Positions 27,845 through 38,765 of a stretch of DNA of 64,000 nt are shown here, one piece after another. The first letter of the stretch is position 1, and each line of letters begins with the position of its first letter. Origin of the DNA: Alphaproteobacteria bacterium (GTDB taxonomy: Bacteria > Pseudomonadota > Alphaproteobacteria > UBA828); NCBI GenBank assembly GCA_963667785.2, contig CAXXMU010000005.1, positions 160,001 through 224,000 of the forward strand, written 5' to 3'. The notes beneath the pieces were generated by a model. The model searched no databases. It worked only from the letters and a program-made list of their open reading frames with translations, and was not told the origin of the DNA. A program made the position numbers and the translations under genes.

Positions 27845-28881
27845 GCCGGGTGGCGGTGGTGCTCTTCAACCTGGGCGGGCCGGATTCGCTCGATGCCGTC
27901 GAGCCTTTCCTGCGCAACCTGTTTCGCGATCCGGCCATCATCCGGGCGCCTGCGCCGGTGCGGAACGTGCTGGCACGCCTGATCGCGCGCCGGCGCGGCC
28001 CGGAGGCGCGCACCATCTACCGTGCGCTCGGCGGGCGCTCGCCGCTGCTGGCCGAGACCGAGGCGCAGGCGGCGGCCCTGAAGGCGGCGCTCGCCGGCCC
28101 CGGCGCGGTCGAGGTGGTCGTCGCCATGCGCCACTGGCATCCGCTGAGCGAGGCGGCAGCGCGCCGGGTCGCAGCCTTCCGGCCCGACCGTATCGTGCTG
28201 CTGCCGCTCTACCCCCAGTTCTCCACCACGACCACGGCATCCTTCCTCGACGCCTGGCGACGGGCGGCTGCCGCCGCCGGCATCGCCGCGCCGACCCGCG
28301 CCGTCTGCTGCTATCCCGCCGCAGACGGGCTGGCAGAGGCCCACGCGGCGCTGATCGCGCCCCTGCTGGACGCCGCGGCCGCGACGGGCAGTCCCCGGCT
28401 GCTCTTCTCCGCCCACGGCCTGCCCAAGAGCGTGGTCGCCCGGGGCGATCCCTACCAGTGGCAGGTGGAGGAGACCGCGCGGCGGATCGTCGCCCGGCTG
28501 GGCCGCGAGGGGCTGGACTGGGCGGTCTGCTACCAGAGCAAGGTGGGGCCGCTGGCGTGGCTGGAGCCCTCGACCGCGGACGAGCTCGAGCGCGCCGGCC
28601 GGTCGCGCGTGCCGGTCGTGGTCGTGCCGGTCGCGTTCGTCTCCGAGCACAGCGAGACCCTGGTGGAGCTCGACATCGACTACCGGGAGCGCGCGGAAGC
28701 CGCCGGCGTGCCCGCCTACCACCGGGTGCCGGCGCTCGGCACCCAGCCTGCGTTCATCGCGGCGCTGGCGAGCCTCGTGCGGGGCGCGCTAGGCGGCGCG
28801 GACGAGAACGGCGTGGACTCGGGCGCAGGCGGGAGGCTCTGCCCCGCTGCCCACCGCTGCTGCCCGCTGGCGGCGCACTGA
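27841..28881 (+). CDS. hemH: ferrochelatase
   Basis: LFNLGGP, LPLYPQFS, FSAHGLP, FVSEHSETLVELD. Confidence 0.97.
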   Translation: MSRVAVVLFNLGGPDSLDAVEPFLRNLFRDPAIIRAPAPVRNVLARLIARRRGPEARTIYRALGGRSPLLAETEAQAAALKAALAGPGAVEVVVAMRHWHPLSEAAARRVAAFRPDRIVLLPLYPQFSTTTTASFLDAWRRAAAAAGIAAPTRAVCCYPAADGLAEAHAALIAPLLDAAAATGSPRLLFSAHGLPKSVVARGDPYQWQVEETARRIVARLGREGLDWAVCYQSKVGPLAWLEPSTADELERAGRSRVPVVVVPVAFVSEHSETLVELDIDYRERAEAAGVPAYHRVPALGTQPAFIAALASLVRGALGGADENGVDSGAGGRLCPAAHRCCPLAAH

Positions 28882-29324
28882 TGGCAGACGATCTTTACGC
28901 CTGGCTCCGTGCGCTCCACGTGATCGCGGTGATCGCCTGGATGGCGGGCATGCTCTACCTGCCCCGGCTTTACGTCTACCACGCGAACGCCGAGCCCGGC
29001 TCGGAGCTTGCCGAGACGCTGAAGGTGATGGAGCGGCGCCTGCTCCGGCTGATCGTCAATCCGGCGATGGTGGCGAGCGTCGGCCTCGGCGGCGCGCTGC
29101 TGGCGCAGCCCGGCGCGATCGACTGGTCGAGCGACATCTGGATCTACCCCAAGCTCGCGCTCGCGCTGCTGCTCACCGGCTTTCACGGGCTGCTCGCGCG
29201 CTGGCGCCGCGACTTCGCCGCCGATCGCAACCGCCGCAGCGCGCGCTTCTACCGAAGGGTGAACGAGGTGCCGACGGTGGCCATGATCGTTATTGTCATC
29301 ATGGTCATCGTCAGGCCGTTCTGA
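28881..29324 (+). CDS. hemJ: protoporphyrinogen oxidase HemJ
   Basis: ALHVIAVIAWMAGMLYLPRLYVYH, MERRL, NEVPT. Confidence 0.96.
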   Translation: MADDLYAWLRALHVIAVIAWMAGMLYLPRLYVYHANAEPGSELAETLKVMERRLLRLIVNPAMVASVGLGGALLAQPGAIDWSSDIWIYPKLALALLLTGFHGLLARWRRDFAADRNRRSARFYRRVNEVPTVAMIVIVIMVIVRPF

Positions 29325-29343
29325 TCGGCCGGGAGCGCAAGCG

Positions 29344-30441
29344 ATGGCGAGGAAAGCGGGAGTCCTATCCAGCACCGCGATCGCGGCCCTGATCGAGGGC
29401 GGCGGGGTGGCGGCGGGCGAGCCCGTCGGCGCGGCCCAGATCCAGCCGGCGAGCCTCGACCTCAGGCTGGGGCCGACGGCTTTCCGGGTGCGGGCGAGCT
29501 TCCTGCCCGGGCGCGAGAGCGTCAGCGCGAAGATCGCGCGTCTCGGCATGCACGAGATCGACCTCACGTCCGGCGCTGTGCTGGAGCGCAGCTGCGTCTA
29601 CATCGTGCCGCTCATGGAAGGGCTCGCGCTCGCGCCCGACATCGCGGCCCACGCCAACCCCAAGAGCTCCACCGGCCGGCTCGACATCTTCACCCGCCTA
29701 ATCACCGACGAGGCGCACGAGTTCGACCGGGTCCGGCGCGGCTACCGCGGGCCCCTCTATGCCGAGGTCTCGCCGCGCACCTTCAGCATCGTGGTGCGGG
29801 CCGGCAGCCGGCTGAACCAGCTCCGCTTCAAGCGCGGCGACCCCGGCTATTCCGACCGCGCGCTCCAGCGCCTCCACGACGAGCGCCGGCTGATCGAGGG
29901 CGAGGTCGGCGGCAAGGGCTTCGCGGGCGGGCTGCCGCTCACCGTCGATCTCGCCGGCGACGGCGAGGGGCTGGTGGGCTGGAAGGCGAAGCGCCATACG
30001 GATCTGATCGACCTCGACGCGGTCGGCCGCTACGAGCCCGACGACTTCTGGGAGGCCATCGCGCACCCCGCCGGCGGCGGGGTGATCCTGAACCCGGACG
30101 ACTTCTACATCTTGGCCTCGAAGGAATCGGTGCGGATTCCGCCCGATCACGCCGCCGAGATGGTGGCCTACGATACGCTCGTCGGCGAGTTCCGCGCCCA
30201 CTATGCGGGCTTCTTCGATCCCGGCTTCGGGCACGACGAGGCCGGCGCCGCGGGAACGCGGGCCGTGCTGGAGGTGCGCTCCCACGACGTGCCCTTCGTG
30301 ATCGAGGACGGCCAGACCATCGGCCGCCTCCTCTTCGAGCCCCTGACCGAGCGCCCGGCCGATCTCTACGGTCACGGCATCGGCTCCTCCTACCAGCGCC
30401 AGGGGCTCGCGCTCGCCAAGCAGTTCAAGCGGCCCGCCTGA
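29344..30441 (+). CDS. dcd: dCTP deaminase (long alphaproteobacterial type)
   Basis: IQPASLDLRLG, ANPKSSTGRLDIFTR, HYAGFFDPGFG, LEVRSHDVPF. Confidence 0.9.
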   Translation: MARKAGVLSSTAIAALIEGGGVAAGEPVGAAQIQPASLDLRLGPTAFRVRASFLPGRESVSAKIARLGMHEIDLTSGAVLERSCVYIVPLMEGLALAPDIAAHANPKSSTGRLDIFTRLITDEAHEFDRVRRGYRGPLYAEVSPRTFSIVVRAGSRLNQLRFKRGDPGYSDRALQRLHDERRLIEGEVGGKGFAGGLPLTVDLAGDGEGLVGWKAKRHTDLIDLDAVGRYEPDDFWEAIAHPAGGGVILNPDDFYILASKESVRIPPDHAAEMVAYDTLVGEFRAHYAGFFDPGFGHDEAGAAGTRAVLEVRSHDVPFVIEDGQTIGRLLFEPLTERPADLYGHGIGSSYQRQGLALAKQFKRPA

Positions 30442-30674
30442 CGGGCGCGGGGCGCGATGCGAGCGCCCGGCCTTCATGTGCCGCGCCCGCGATCTTCGTA
30501 TGCCGCGCTCGTGACCTTCCAGGCACGAGCGACTCAGGCGCGCGCTCCCAGCCGGGCGCGCCCGCACCATGGTGCGGTGCACGGCGCGGCGTGGGCGTGC
30601 GAGGGTCGCGGCATGATGTGCGAGAGCGGAGACGGGGGGAAAGAGCGGCGCGCGGCAGGGGAGCCGGTGCTCAG

Positions 30675-30770
30675 GTGGGATTCAAAGTGGGATATGGAGG
30701 CCGCCAGACCCCGCGGAATCCCTCGCTATCCCACGAAATCCCGCATGCCCCCCTCCGGCGAATCCCACTT
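30675..30770. repeat. cluster of GGGAT/ATCCC direct and inverted repeats
   Basis: GTGGGATT 30675, GTGGGATA 30687; ATCCC at 30718, 30728, 30738; GAATCCCAC 30760. Confidence 0.6.
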
Positions 30771-30807
30771 CCGGTCGCCACGCCACGGCGCGATGTCCGG
30801 CCCCCGT

Positions 30808-30859
30808 CGCGTCATGGCCGGCCCCCGACCCCGGTCCGGACAGGTCCGGGCATGACGCG
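30808..30859. repeat. REP-like palindrome (CGTC-type)
   Basis: CGCGTCATGGCCGG...CCGGGCATGACGCG inverted repeat. Confidence 0.55.
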
Positions 30860-31129
30860 GGAGAGGGCGCAGTGGCGTGGCCGTGCCGGGCCAGCCGTGG
30901 TGACCGCGTATGGCCGGATCGTGCTCCAACGTCCCGGAATCTTCGTTTGACACCGCCGCGCGGCAGCCGATAGGGTGAGCGTGAGCCCGCTGGAGCGGGC
31001 GGGCGGGACCTCGCCCGCCTTCAGCGACCGTCCTCCCGGAAATGTAGTCAGCGATCCTTACCGGGTTTGCGCCTTTCGCGTGCCGCCGTCCGGCGGCGCC
31101 GCCCCCTCTCCACAACGGCTGTCCGCGCC

Positions 31130-32386
31130 ATGCATCTGCAAGAGCTCAAGACCCAGACCCCGACTCAGCTGATCGACTTCGCCGAGGAGCTGGAGATCGA
31201 GAACGCGAACTCGATGCGCCGTCAGGACCTGATGTTCGCGATCCTCCGCCAGCTCGCGGAGAACGACCAGGCGATCTTCGGCTCGGGCGTGCTCGAGACC
31301 CTGCAGGACGGCTTCGGCTTCCTGCGCTCGCCGGAGGCGAACTACCTGCCGGGCCCCGACGACATCTACGTGAGCCCGAGCCAGATCCGCCGCTTCGGGC
31401 TCAGGACCGGCGACACCCTGGAGGGGCAGATCCGCGCGCCGCGCGACGGCGAGCGCTACTTCGCGCTGCTCAAGCTCAACAACATCAACTTCGATCCGCC
31501 GGAGAACCTGCGGCACAAGGTCAATTTCGACAATCTGACGCCGCTCTACCCCGAGCAGCGCTTCAGCATGGAGATCGCCGATCCGACGCGGAAGGACACC
31601 ACCAGCCGCATCCTCGATATCGTGGCGCCCCTCGGCAAGGGGCAGCGGGCGCTGATCGTGGCGCCGCCCCGCACCGGCAAGACCATGATGCTGCAGAACA
31701 TCGCGCACTCGATCGAGGAGAACCATCCCGAGGCCTATCTCATCGTGCTGCTGGTGGACGAGCGGCCGGAGGAGGTCACCGACATGGACCGCTCGGTGAA
31801 GGGCGAGGTGGTGAGCTCCACCTTCGACGAGCCGGCGTCCCGCCATGTCCAGGTCGCCGAGATGGTGATCGAGAAGGCGAAGCGGCTGGTGGAGCACAAG
31901 CGGGACGTGGTGATCCTGCTGGATTCCATCACCCGGCTCGCGCGGGCCTACAACACCGTGGTGCCGTCGTCGGGCAAGGTGCTGACCGGCGGCGTGGACG
32001 CCAACGCGCTGCAGCGGCCCAAGCGCTTCTTCGGCGCCGCGCGGAACATCGAGCACGGCGGCTCGCTCACCATCATCGCGACGGCGCTGATCGACACCGG
32101 CTCGCGCATGGACGAGGTGATCTTCGAGGAGTTCAAAGGCACCGGCAACTCCGAGATCATCCTGGACCGCAAGCTCGCCGACAAGCGCACCTGGCCCAGC
32201 ATGGACATCGCGCGCTCCGGCACCCGCAAGGAGGAGCTGCTGGTCGACCGCGCCACCCTCGCCAAGATGTGGGTGCTGCGCCGCATCCTGTCCCCCATGG
32301 GCACGGTGGATGCGATGGAGTTCCTGGTGGACAAGCTCAAGGCGACGAAGACCAACGAGGAATTCTTCGCCTCCATGAATACATGA
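31130..32386 (+). CDS. rho: transcription termination factor Rho
   Basis: [31 protein letters not shown]. Confidence 0.98.
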   Translation: MHLQELKTQTPTQLIDFAEELEIENANSMRRQDLMFAILRQLAENDQAIFGSGVLETLQDGFGFLRSPEANYLPGPDDIYVSPSQIRRFGLRTGDTLEGQIRAPRDGERYFALLKLNNINFDPPENLRHKVNFDNLTPLYPEQRFSMEIADPTRKDTTSRILDIVAPLGKGQRALIVAPPRTGKTMMLQNIAHSIEENHPEAYLIVLLVDERPEEVTDMDRSVKGEVVSSTFDEPASRHVQVAEMVIEKAKRLVEHKRDVVILLDSITRLARAYNTVVPSSGKVLTGGVDANALQRPKRFFGAARNIEHGGSLTIIATALIDTGSRMDEVIFEEFKGTGNSEIILDRKLADKRTWPSMDIARSGTRKEELLVDRATLAKMWVLRRILSPMGTVDAMEFLVDKLKATKTNEEFFASMNT

Positions 32387-32599
32387 GCGGGCTCTTCCGG
32401 ACCGCGAGCAGCCCGCATAAATAAGATGTCATGCTAATCGATGGTGCGTCACGCGGCGCCCGCCCAATGGGCCACATATTCGTTAGCATAGCATCTATAA
32501 TTGTCGCCGATCTGGTATACCCCTGAATTGACTTGCGAAAATCCTCTGCTTGTTTGATCATTCGCAATGCGGGCGCATCCGTTGGGTCGCCGGCTAGGC

Positions 32600-32950
32600 C
32601 TAACGGTTGGTGCTGGCATCCAGCTTCCCGAGTCGAATCAACCGAGCCTTGATCGCACCTTCCGTTCGCTGATGCTCGGTTGCAAGATCGCCGACCGCCG
32701 CCCCCGCATCGAACGCCGACGCCAATTGCTTGTCTTCGATCTCGGTCCACGGGAGGCCAGCGTGGGCGGGCAGCCGTTTCTCGCGCTTTGATCTGGAAGT
32801 GCGGTTCTGCAACGCGTCGGCGGCGAGGCAAAGGGCACGTACGACGTTGGGTTGCTGGAGGACATGGCCCTCCTCCAGAACTTCGCCGGTCTCTGGATTA
32901 TGCCCGTCCGCCAGGGAAGACACGATCCTGAGTGCCTCCTCCCTTTTCAT
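32600..32950 (-). CDS. hypothetical protein with C-terminal Myb/HTH-like segment, in lower-GC insert
   Basis: LADGHNPETGE; AGLPWTEIEDKQL...HQRTEGAIKARLIRLG; atypical codon usage. Confidence 0.75.
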   Translation of the reverse strand: MKREEALRIVSSLADGHNPETGEVLEEGHVLQQPNVVRALCLAADALQNRTSRSKREKRLPAHAGLPWTEIEDKQLASAFDAGAAVGDLATEHQRTEGAIKARLIRLGKLDASTNR

Positions 32951-32994
32951 TGGCTTTTCTTTACTGAAGCGGTCTCAGGTGTTGGCGACGATTG

Positions 32995-33885
32995 CTAATG
33001 GGGTGGGGTCGTCCGCAGACGCGCGATAAGCCCGTCGAGCTGCTCCGGCGCCTTGTAGGCGATCGTGAGACGGCCGCCGCTGCCACGCTTGGCGGGCTCG
33101 ATGCTCACCTTGAGGCCAAGCGCGCGGCTGAGATCCGTCTCGAGCGCCCTGAGGTTGGGGTCTGCAGCAGGCGGGGCCTTGGGCGCTCTGGCCTCGCCGG
33201 CGCGGCGCACGAGCGCCTCGGTCTGACGCACGGTGAGGCCGAGGCGCACCACCGTCTGCGCGAGCGCGGCCGCATCGCCCGCCGGCAGCAGCGCCCGCCC
33301 GTGGCCCGCGCTGAGGCTGCCGTCGGCGATCAGGCCCTTGACCTCGTCGGGCAGGTCGAGGAGGCGCACCGTGTTAGCGACGTGGCTGCGGGACTTGCCG
33401 AGCGCGGTGGCGACGTCCTCCTGCCGGTGGTCGAACTCCCGGATCAGGCGGCGGTAGGCGGCGGCCTCCTCCAGCGGGTTCAGGTCGCTGCGCTGCAGGT
33501 TCTCCACCAGGGCGATCTCGATGCTCTCGGAATCGCTGAGATGCCTCACCACCGCCGGCAGCTCGTGCAGCCGGGCCCGCTGCGCCGCTCGCCAGCGTCG
33601 TTCGCCGGCGACGATGCGGTAGGGCGCGCCGCCGCCGCCGGGGCGCACGACGAGCGGCTGCACGATGCCCCGCGCGAGGATCGAGGCGGCCAGGCTCTCG
33701 ATCTCGGCCTCGTCGAAATGCTGGCGCGGCTGCCCGGGGTCGGGCGCCAGATGCTCGATGGGGATGGAGAGCAGGGCGCCGTCCCGCGCGCCCTCGCCCG
33801 CCGCGTCCATGGTTTCCCCGAGGAGGGCGGCGAGCCCCTTGCCGAGGCCGCGCGCGCGCGGCGGGCTGCTGGGATCGGGTGTCAT
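32995..33885 (-). CDS. parB: chromosome partitioning protein ParB
   Basis: RGLGKGLAALL, QPRQHF, IVAGERRWRAA, ENLQRSDLNPLEEA. Confidence 0.97.
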   Translation of the reverse strand: MTPDPSSPPRARGLGKGLAALLGETMDAAGEGARDGALLSIPIEHLAPDPGQPRQHFDEAEIESLAASILARGIVQPLVVRPGGGGAPYRIVAGERRWRAAQRARLHELPAVVRHLSDSESIEIALVENLQRSDLNPLEEAAAYRRLIREFDHRQEDVATALGKSRSHVANTVRLLDLPDEVKGLIADGSLSAGHGRALLPAGDAAALAQTVVRLGLTVRQTEALVRRAGEARAPKAPPAADPNLRALETDLSRALGLKVSIEPAKRGSGGRLTIAYKAPEQLDGLIARLRTTPPH

Positions 33886-34736
33886 GCTGCGCTCTCCTTC
33901 TGGGTTCGCTCGCGGCGGAGCAGCTCGCCGGCAAGGTGGGCGTAGGCCTGGGCGCCCGGGCAGCGGAAATCGTGGAGCAGGACGGGCAGCCCGTGGGAGG
34001 GCGCCTCGGAGACCCGCACGTTGCGCGGGATGATGGTGTCGTACACCGCGTCGCCCAGATGGGCCTTCACGTCGTCGCGCACCTGGGCGTCGAGGTTGTT
34101 GCGCCTGTCGAACATGGTGAGCACCACGCCCTGGACGCGAAGCCCCGGGTTGAACGCGCTGCGGACGCGCTCGACGGTGCCGAGGAACTGGCTCAGCCCT
34201 TCGAGCGCCAGGAACTCGCACTGCACCGGCACCAGCACGGAATCGGCGGCGACCAGCGCGTTGACCGTCAGCATGCCGAGCGACGGCGGGCAGTCGATCA
34301 GCACGTAGCCGCGCGCGCTGCCGAGGGAGTCTTCGCGCGCGCGCGCCGGCGCCAGCGCCTCCTTCAGGCAGAACTGGGGGCTGTCGCTGCCGGGCAGCTC
34401 GACCTCCGCGGCCGCGAGGTCGCGGGTGGCCGGCACGATGGAAAGCCCCGGCACAGGCGTCTTCCGCAGCAGGGCGGCGAGCGGCATGCCCTGAAGCAGC
34501 CCGTAGCTGCCGGGCGCGCGCGCCGCCGGCGGGATGCCGAGGCCGGTACTGGCGTTGCCCTGCGGGTCGAGGTCGAGCACCAGCACGGGATGGCCTGCCG
34601 CCGCAAGCGCGGTGCCGAGATTGATGGCGGTGGTGCTCTTGCCGACGCCGCCCTTCTCGTTGGCGACCGCGATGATCCGGGGCTTGGCGGGGGCGGCCGG
34701 GGCGCCCGTATCAAGGGCAGCGGCGGCGTTCGACAT
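33882..34736 (-). CDS. parA: chromosome partitioning ATPase ParA
   Basis: NEKGGVGKSTT, DLDPQGNAS, DCPPSLG, IPRNVRVSEAPSHG. Confidence 0.97.
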   Translation of the reverse strand: MSNAAAALDTGAPAAPAKPRIIAVANEKGGVGKSTTAINLGTALAAAGHPVLVLDLDPQGNASTGLGIPPAARAPGSYGLLQGMPLAALLRKTPVPGLSIVPATRDLAAAEVELPGSDSPQFCLKEALAPARAREDSLGSARGYVLIDCPPSLGMLTVNALVAADSVLVPVQCEFLALEGLSQFLGTVERVRSAFNPGLRVQGVVLTMFDRRNNLDAQVRDDVKAHLGDAVYDTIIPRNVRVSEAPSHGLPVLLHDFRCPGAQAYAHLAGELLRRERTQKESAA

Positions 34737-35340
34737 CGCTGATCCTCAAGATACGCGCCTCCGCCGCCGTGCGGCTGGGGACGATGTCGGCCCGGAAGTC
34801 CCACCTGGCGCGCGCAGCGTCCAGCTCGCTCCGGTACCGGCGTCCCTTCGGGAATATACAATATGTATGGGTCTCAAGCACGGGGAAAACCAAACCTAGC
34901 AATTCGTCCAGGGGCGCGCAGGCGCGGGCGACGATCGTGCCGGCTGGCGCGAGGGTGGCCCGGACGGCCGCGTCCTCGACCCTGCCCTCGATCACCGCGA
35001 CCCGGGTGCCGGTGGCGTCCGCCACCTCGCGCAGGAAGGCGCAGCGCCTGGCATTGGCTTCGACGAGCGAGACGCGGCGCTCCGCGTCGAGGATCGCGAG
35101 CACCATGCCTGGAAAGCCCGCGCCGCTGCCGACATCGACCGTACGCCCCGCCGCGTCGGGCGCAAGCAGCGGGGCGAGTTGCGCCGAATCGAGGAAGTGG
35201 CGGGTCCAGAGCTCGGCCAGGGAGGCGGACGAGACCAGATTCGTGCGCCGCTGCCGGCGCCGGAGAAGGGCTTCGTAGATCTCGAGCCGCTCGCGTGTTT
35301 CACGTGAAACATCGCGCCGGAAGGCCTCGCCCGGCTCCAT
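34711..35340 (-). CDS. rsmG: 16S rRNA m7G527 methyltransferase
   Basis: DVSRET, RHFLDSAQL, DVGSGAGFPG, ARA, PKG. Confidence 0.95.
   Translation of the reverse strand: MEPGEAFRRDVSRETRERLEIYEALLRRRQRRTNLVSSASLAELWTRHFLDSAQLAPLLAPDAAGRTVDVGSGAGFPGMVLAILDAERRVSLVEANARRCAFLREVADATGTRVAVIEGRVEDAAVRATLAPAGTIVARACAPLDELLGLVFPVLETHTYCIFPKGRRYRSELDAARARWDFRADIVPSRTAAEARILRISDVERRRCP
35296..35311. promoter_or_regulatory. parS centromere site
   Basis: Perfect palindrome TGTTTCACGTGAAACA inside the 5' end of rsmG. Confidence 0.95.
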
Positions 35341-35345
35341 CGACG

Positions 35346-37262
35346 CTAGCCGCGTCCGGCCTCCGCCGTGTCGGTGCGAAGAGCGGGCGCGCGCCGCTCG
35401 GTCTTGCGCACATGCGCCAGCAGCGCCGTCAGCGCCGCCGGAGTCACCCCCGGCACCCGCCCCGCCGCGCCGAGCGTCGCAGGCCGCGCGGCGGCGAGGC
35501 GCTGGCGCATCTCGTGCGAGAGCCCGCCGACCCGGTCGAAGCGGAGGTCCCCCGGCAGCCGCAGCGCCTCGTCCCGGCGGAACGCGGCGATGTCCGCCTC
35601 CTGTCGCTCGACATAGCCCCGGTAGTGGGCGTCATTCTCCAGCGCGGCAAGGATCGCAGGCTCGAGTGCCGCAAGCGCCGGCCAGAGCGCTGCGCGCTGC
35701 GCGCGGCTCACGGCGGGGTAGCCGATGAGCGCGCGCGCCGTCCGCCGGCGCCCGTCCCGGTTCGCCGGGATGCCGTGGCGCCGCAGCGCATCGGGCGTGG
35801 AGTCGAGCGTATCGAGCAGGCGTTCCGCCTCGGCCAGCGCCGCGTTCCGGGCGGCAAAGTGATGCGCCCGCTCCGCGCCGACGCAGCCCGCGTCGATGCC
35901 GCGCTGCGTCAGCCGCCGGTCCGCATTGTCGGGCCGGAGCCTGAGCCGGTACTCGGCCCGCGACGAGAACATGCGGTAGGGCTCGCTCACGCCCTGGGTC
36001 ACCAGGTCGTCGATCAGCACGCCGATATAGCCGTCGGCGCGGTCGAGAGTGAACGGCACGCCGCCTCCGGCCGCGCGGGCGGCGTTGATGCCGGCGACGA
36101 TGCCCTGGGCGGCGGCCTCCTCGTAGCCGGTGGTGCCGTTGATCTGCCCCGCCAGGTAGAGCCCGGCGATGCGCGCGGTCTCCAGCGCGGGCGTCAGCTC
36201 GCGCGGGTCCACGTGGTCGTACTCGATGGCGTAGCCCGGCCTGAGCAGGGCCGCCCGCTCCAGCCCCGGAATCGTCGCCACCAGCGCCCGCTGCACCTCT
36301 TCCGGCAGCGCGGTCGAGATGCCGTTGGGGTAGACGGTGTGGTCGTCGAGCCCTTCCGGCTCCAGGAAGATCTGGTGGGAGGCGCGGTCCGCGAAGCGCA
36401 CGACCTTGTCCTCGATCGAGGGACAGTAGCGGGGACCGCGGCTCTCGATCGCGCCCGAATAGATGGGAGAGCGCGCGAGGTCGCGGCGGATCAGGTCGTG
36501 GCCCGCCGCGGTGGTGGCGGTGATGTGGCAGCGCACCTGCGCCCGCGCGATCGCGGGCGTGAGGAAGGAGAAGGGCTCGGGCGGCTCGTCGCCCTCCTGC
36601 GCCGCCAGCCCGGCCCAGTCGATGGTGCGCCCGTCGAGCCGGGGCGGCGTGCCGGTCTTAAGCCGGCCGAGGCGGAAGCCGAGCCGCTCGAGGGTGAGGG
36701 CCAGGCCGGTCGCAGGCGCATCGCCCACGCGGCCCGCCGGAATCTGCCGCTCGCCGATATGGATGAGGCCCCGCAGGAAGGTGCCCGTGGTGAGCACCAC
36801 CCGGGGCGCCTCGATGCGCGCGCCGTCGCCCAGAACCACGCCACGCACACAGGCGCGGGCGTCCGCGCCCGCATCGAGCGCGAGATCCTCCACCGTCCCT
36901 TCGCGGATCGTGAGAGTGGGCTCTGCCGCCAGCGCCGCCTGCATGGCGGCGCGGTAGAGGGCGCGGTCCTGCTGTGCGCGGGGCCCCCGGACCGCCGGCC
37001 CCTTGCTGCGGTTCAGCACCCGGAACTGGATGCCGGCCTCGTCGGCGACGCGGCCCATGAGCCCGTCGAGAGCGTCCACCTCGCGCACCAGCGTGCCCTT
37101 GGCCAGCCCGCCGATCGCCGGGTTGCACGACATCGCGCCGATGGTCGCGCGCTTCTGGGTGACGAGCAGGGTGGCTGCGCCCACGCGCGCCGCGGCCGCG
37201 GCCGCCTCGCAGCCCGCGTGCCCGCCGCCGATCACGATCACATCGTAGCGCCCGCGGCCCAT
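35346..37262 (-). CDS. mnmG: tRNA uridine-5-carboxymethylaminomethyl modification enzyme
   Basis: [52 protein letters not shown]. Confidence 0.98.
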   Translation of the reverse strand: MGRGRYDVIVIGGGHAGCEAAAAAARVGAATLLVTQKRATIGAMSCNPAIGGLAKGTLVREVDALDGLMGRVADEAGIQFRVLNRSKGPAVRGPRAQQDRALYRAAMQAALAAEPTLTIREGTVEDLALDAGADARACVRGVVLGDGARIEAPRVVLTTGTFLRGLIHIGERQIPAGRVGDAPATGLALTLERLGFRLGRLKTGTPPRLDGRTIDWAGLAAQEGDEPPEPFSFLTPAIARAQVRCHITATTAAGHDLIRRDLARSPIYSGAIESRGPRYCPSIEDKVVRFADRASHQIFLEPEGLDDHTVYPNGISTALPEEVQRALVATIPGLERAALLRPGYAIEYDHVDPRELTPALETARIAGLYLAGQINGTTGYEEAAAQGIVAGINAARAAGGGVPFTLDRADGYIGVLIDDLVTQGVSEPYRMFSSRAEYRLRLRPDNADRRLTQRGIDAGCVGAERAHHFAARNAALAEAERLLDTLDSTPDALRRHGIPANRDGRRRTARALIGYPAVSRAQRAALWPALAALEPAILAALENDAHYRGYVERQEADIAAFRRDEALRLPGDLRFDRVGGLSHEMRQRLAAARPATLGAAGRVPGVTPAALTALLAHVRKTERRAPALRTDTAEAGRG

Positions 37263-37366
37263 GGCGGCCCTCCCGGCCGCGCCGTACGCGGCCCGTCTCA
37301 TGTCGACGGCGCCCCCTATAGAGCGGACGCCTCGGCCCGTAAAGCGCCAAGCACCTTCGGGTATTC

Positions 37367-38701
37367 CTACTTGCCGATGCAGAAGTCGCGGAAGACGAGG
37401 TCGAGAATGGCCTCGACGTCCACCCGGCCAGTGATGCGGCCCAGCGCCCGTGCCGCCAGCCGGAGTTCCTCGGCCAGGCGCTCGTCCGCCGGCCCGGCGA
37501 CGGCGCGGGCAAGCGCGTCGCGGCACTCGGCGACCGCGGTGCGGTGCCGGATGCGGGTGAGCGCCGGCGCGCCGCCGGCCGGGTAGCGCCGGGCGATCTC
37601 GTCCGCGAGCCGCTCCAGCAGCCCGTCGATGCCGGCGCCGGTGAGGCAGGAGAGCGCGCGCGCCGCGTGGCCCGCGATCGCGGCGGGCGGGGCATCCGCC
37701 AGGAGGTCGGCCTTGTTGAGTACCGCGAGCGCGTCCTCGCCCAGCAGGGCCGCGCTCTGCGGGTCGATCTCGGGCCAGAGCGCGCCGTCGAAGACGACGA
37801 GCGAGAGGTCGGCGCTCGCAGCCCGCTCCAGCGCCCGCCGCACGCCTTCGCTCTCGATCTCGTCGCGGCTCTCGCGCAGGCCTGCGGTATCGGCGAGGGT
37901 GACCGGCCAGCCGGCGACGTCCAGGCGCACCTCCACCACGTCGCGGGTGGTGCCGGCGCGGGTCGAGACGATCGCCGCCTCGCGGCCGGCGAGGCGGTTG
38001 AGAAGGCTCGACTTGCCGGCGTTGGGCGCGCCCACGATGGCGATGGTGAAGCCCTCGCGCAGGCGCTCGCCGCGCCGCGAATCCGCGAGGTGGGCCGCGA
38101 TCTCGGCTTCCAGCGCCGCGAGGGTGGGGAGGGCGCTCGCCATCGGGTCGCCGCCCAGCTCCTGGTCCGAGAAGTCGATGGCGGCCTCGACGTGGGCCGT
38201 CGCCTCCATGAGGCGCGTGCGCCAGCCCTCGTAGAGGCGATGCAGCCCCCCTTCCATCTGGCCGAGCGCCTGGCGGCGCTGGGCCTCGGTCTCGGCCGCC
38301 ACCAGGTCGGCGATGCCCTCGGCTTCCGTGAGGTCGAGGCGACCGGCCTCGAAGGCGCGGCGGGTAAACTCGCCGGGCTCGGCCGGGCGCAGCCCCGGCA
38401 GCGCCGCGAGCGCCTCGGCCAGCGCCGCGATGACGGCAGGCCCGCCGTGGACGTGGAACTCCGCCATGTCCTCGCCGGTGGCGCTGGCGGGGCCGGGGAA
38501 CCAGAGCGCGAGCCCCCGGTCGATCGGCTCGCCCGTAGCGGGCGCGCGGAAGCGCCGGAGCGCGGCCTGGCGCGGCGCGGGCGGCGGCCTGCCGCCGATC
38601 TGCGCAAGCGCGTCTTCCGCCCCGGGGCCCGAGACGCGGATCACCGCAACCGCGGCGCGCGCGCCGCCGGAGGAGAGCGCGAAGATGGTGTCGCCGCTCA
38701 C
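37367..38701 (-). CDS. mnmE: tRNA modification GTPase
   Basis: [28 protein letters not shown]-terminal FCIGK. Confidence 0.98.
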   Translation of the reverse strand: MSGDTIFALSSGGARAAVAVIRVSGPGAEDALAQIGGRPPPAPRQAALRRFRAPATGEPIDRGLALWFPGPASATGEDMAEFHVHGGPAVIAALAEALAALPGLRPAEPGEFTRRAFEAGRLDLTEAEGIADLVAAETEAQRRQALGQMEGGLHRLYEGWRTRLMEATAHVEAAIDFSDQELGGDPMASALPTLAALEAEIAAHLADSRRGERLREGFTIAIVGAPNAGKSSLLNRLAGREAAIVSTRAGTTRDVVEVRLDVAGWPVTLADTAGLRESRDEIESEGVRRALERAASADLSLVVFDGALWPEIDPQSAALLGEDALAVLNKADLLADAPPAAIAGHAARALSCLTGAGIDGLLERLADEIARRYPAGGAPALTRIRHRTAVAECRDALARAVAGPADERLAEELRLAARALGRITGRVDVEAILDLVFRDFCIGK

Positions 38702-38765
38702 GGGCCCGGTCGCGGTAGCGCCCGTCCGCCTCCGGCCGTCGGCCGCTGCAGGCTCAGGCGGCGGC

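Noticed and set aside
30457-30950. ORFs in the dcd-rho intergenic region
   Set aside because: No motifs, overlapping repeats, atypical composition.
32387-32424. Hairpin after rho as an intrinsic terminator
   Set aside because: GCGGGCT/AGCCCGC stem with a large loop, followed by an A-rich rather than U-rich tract.
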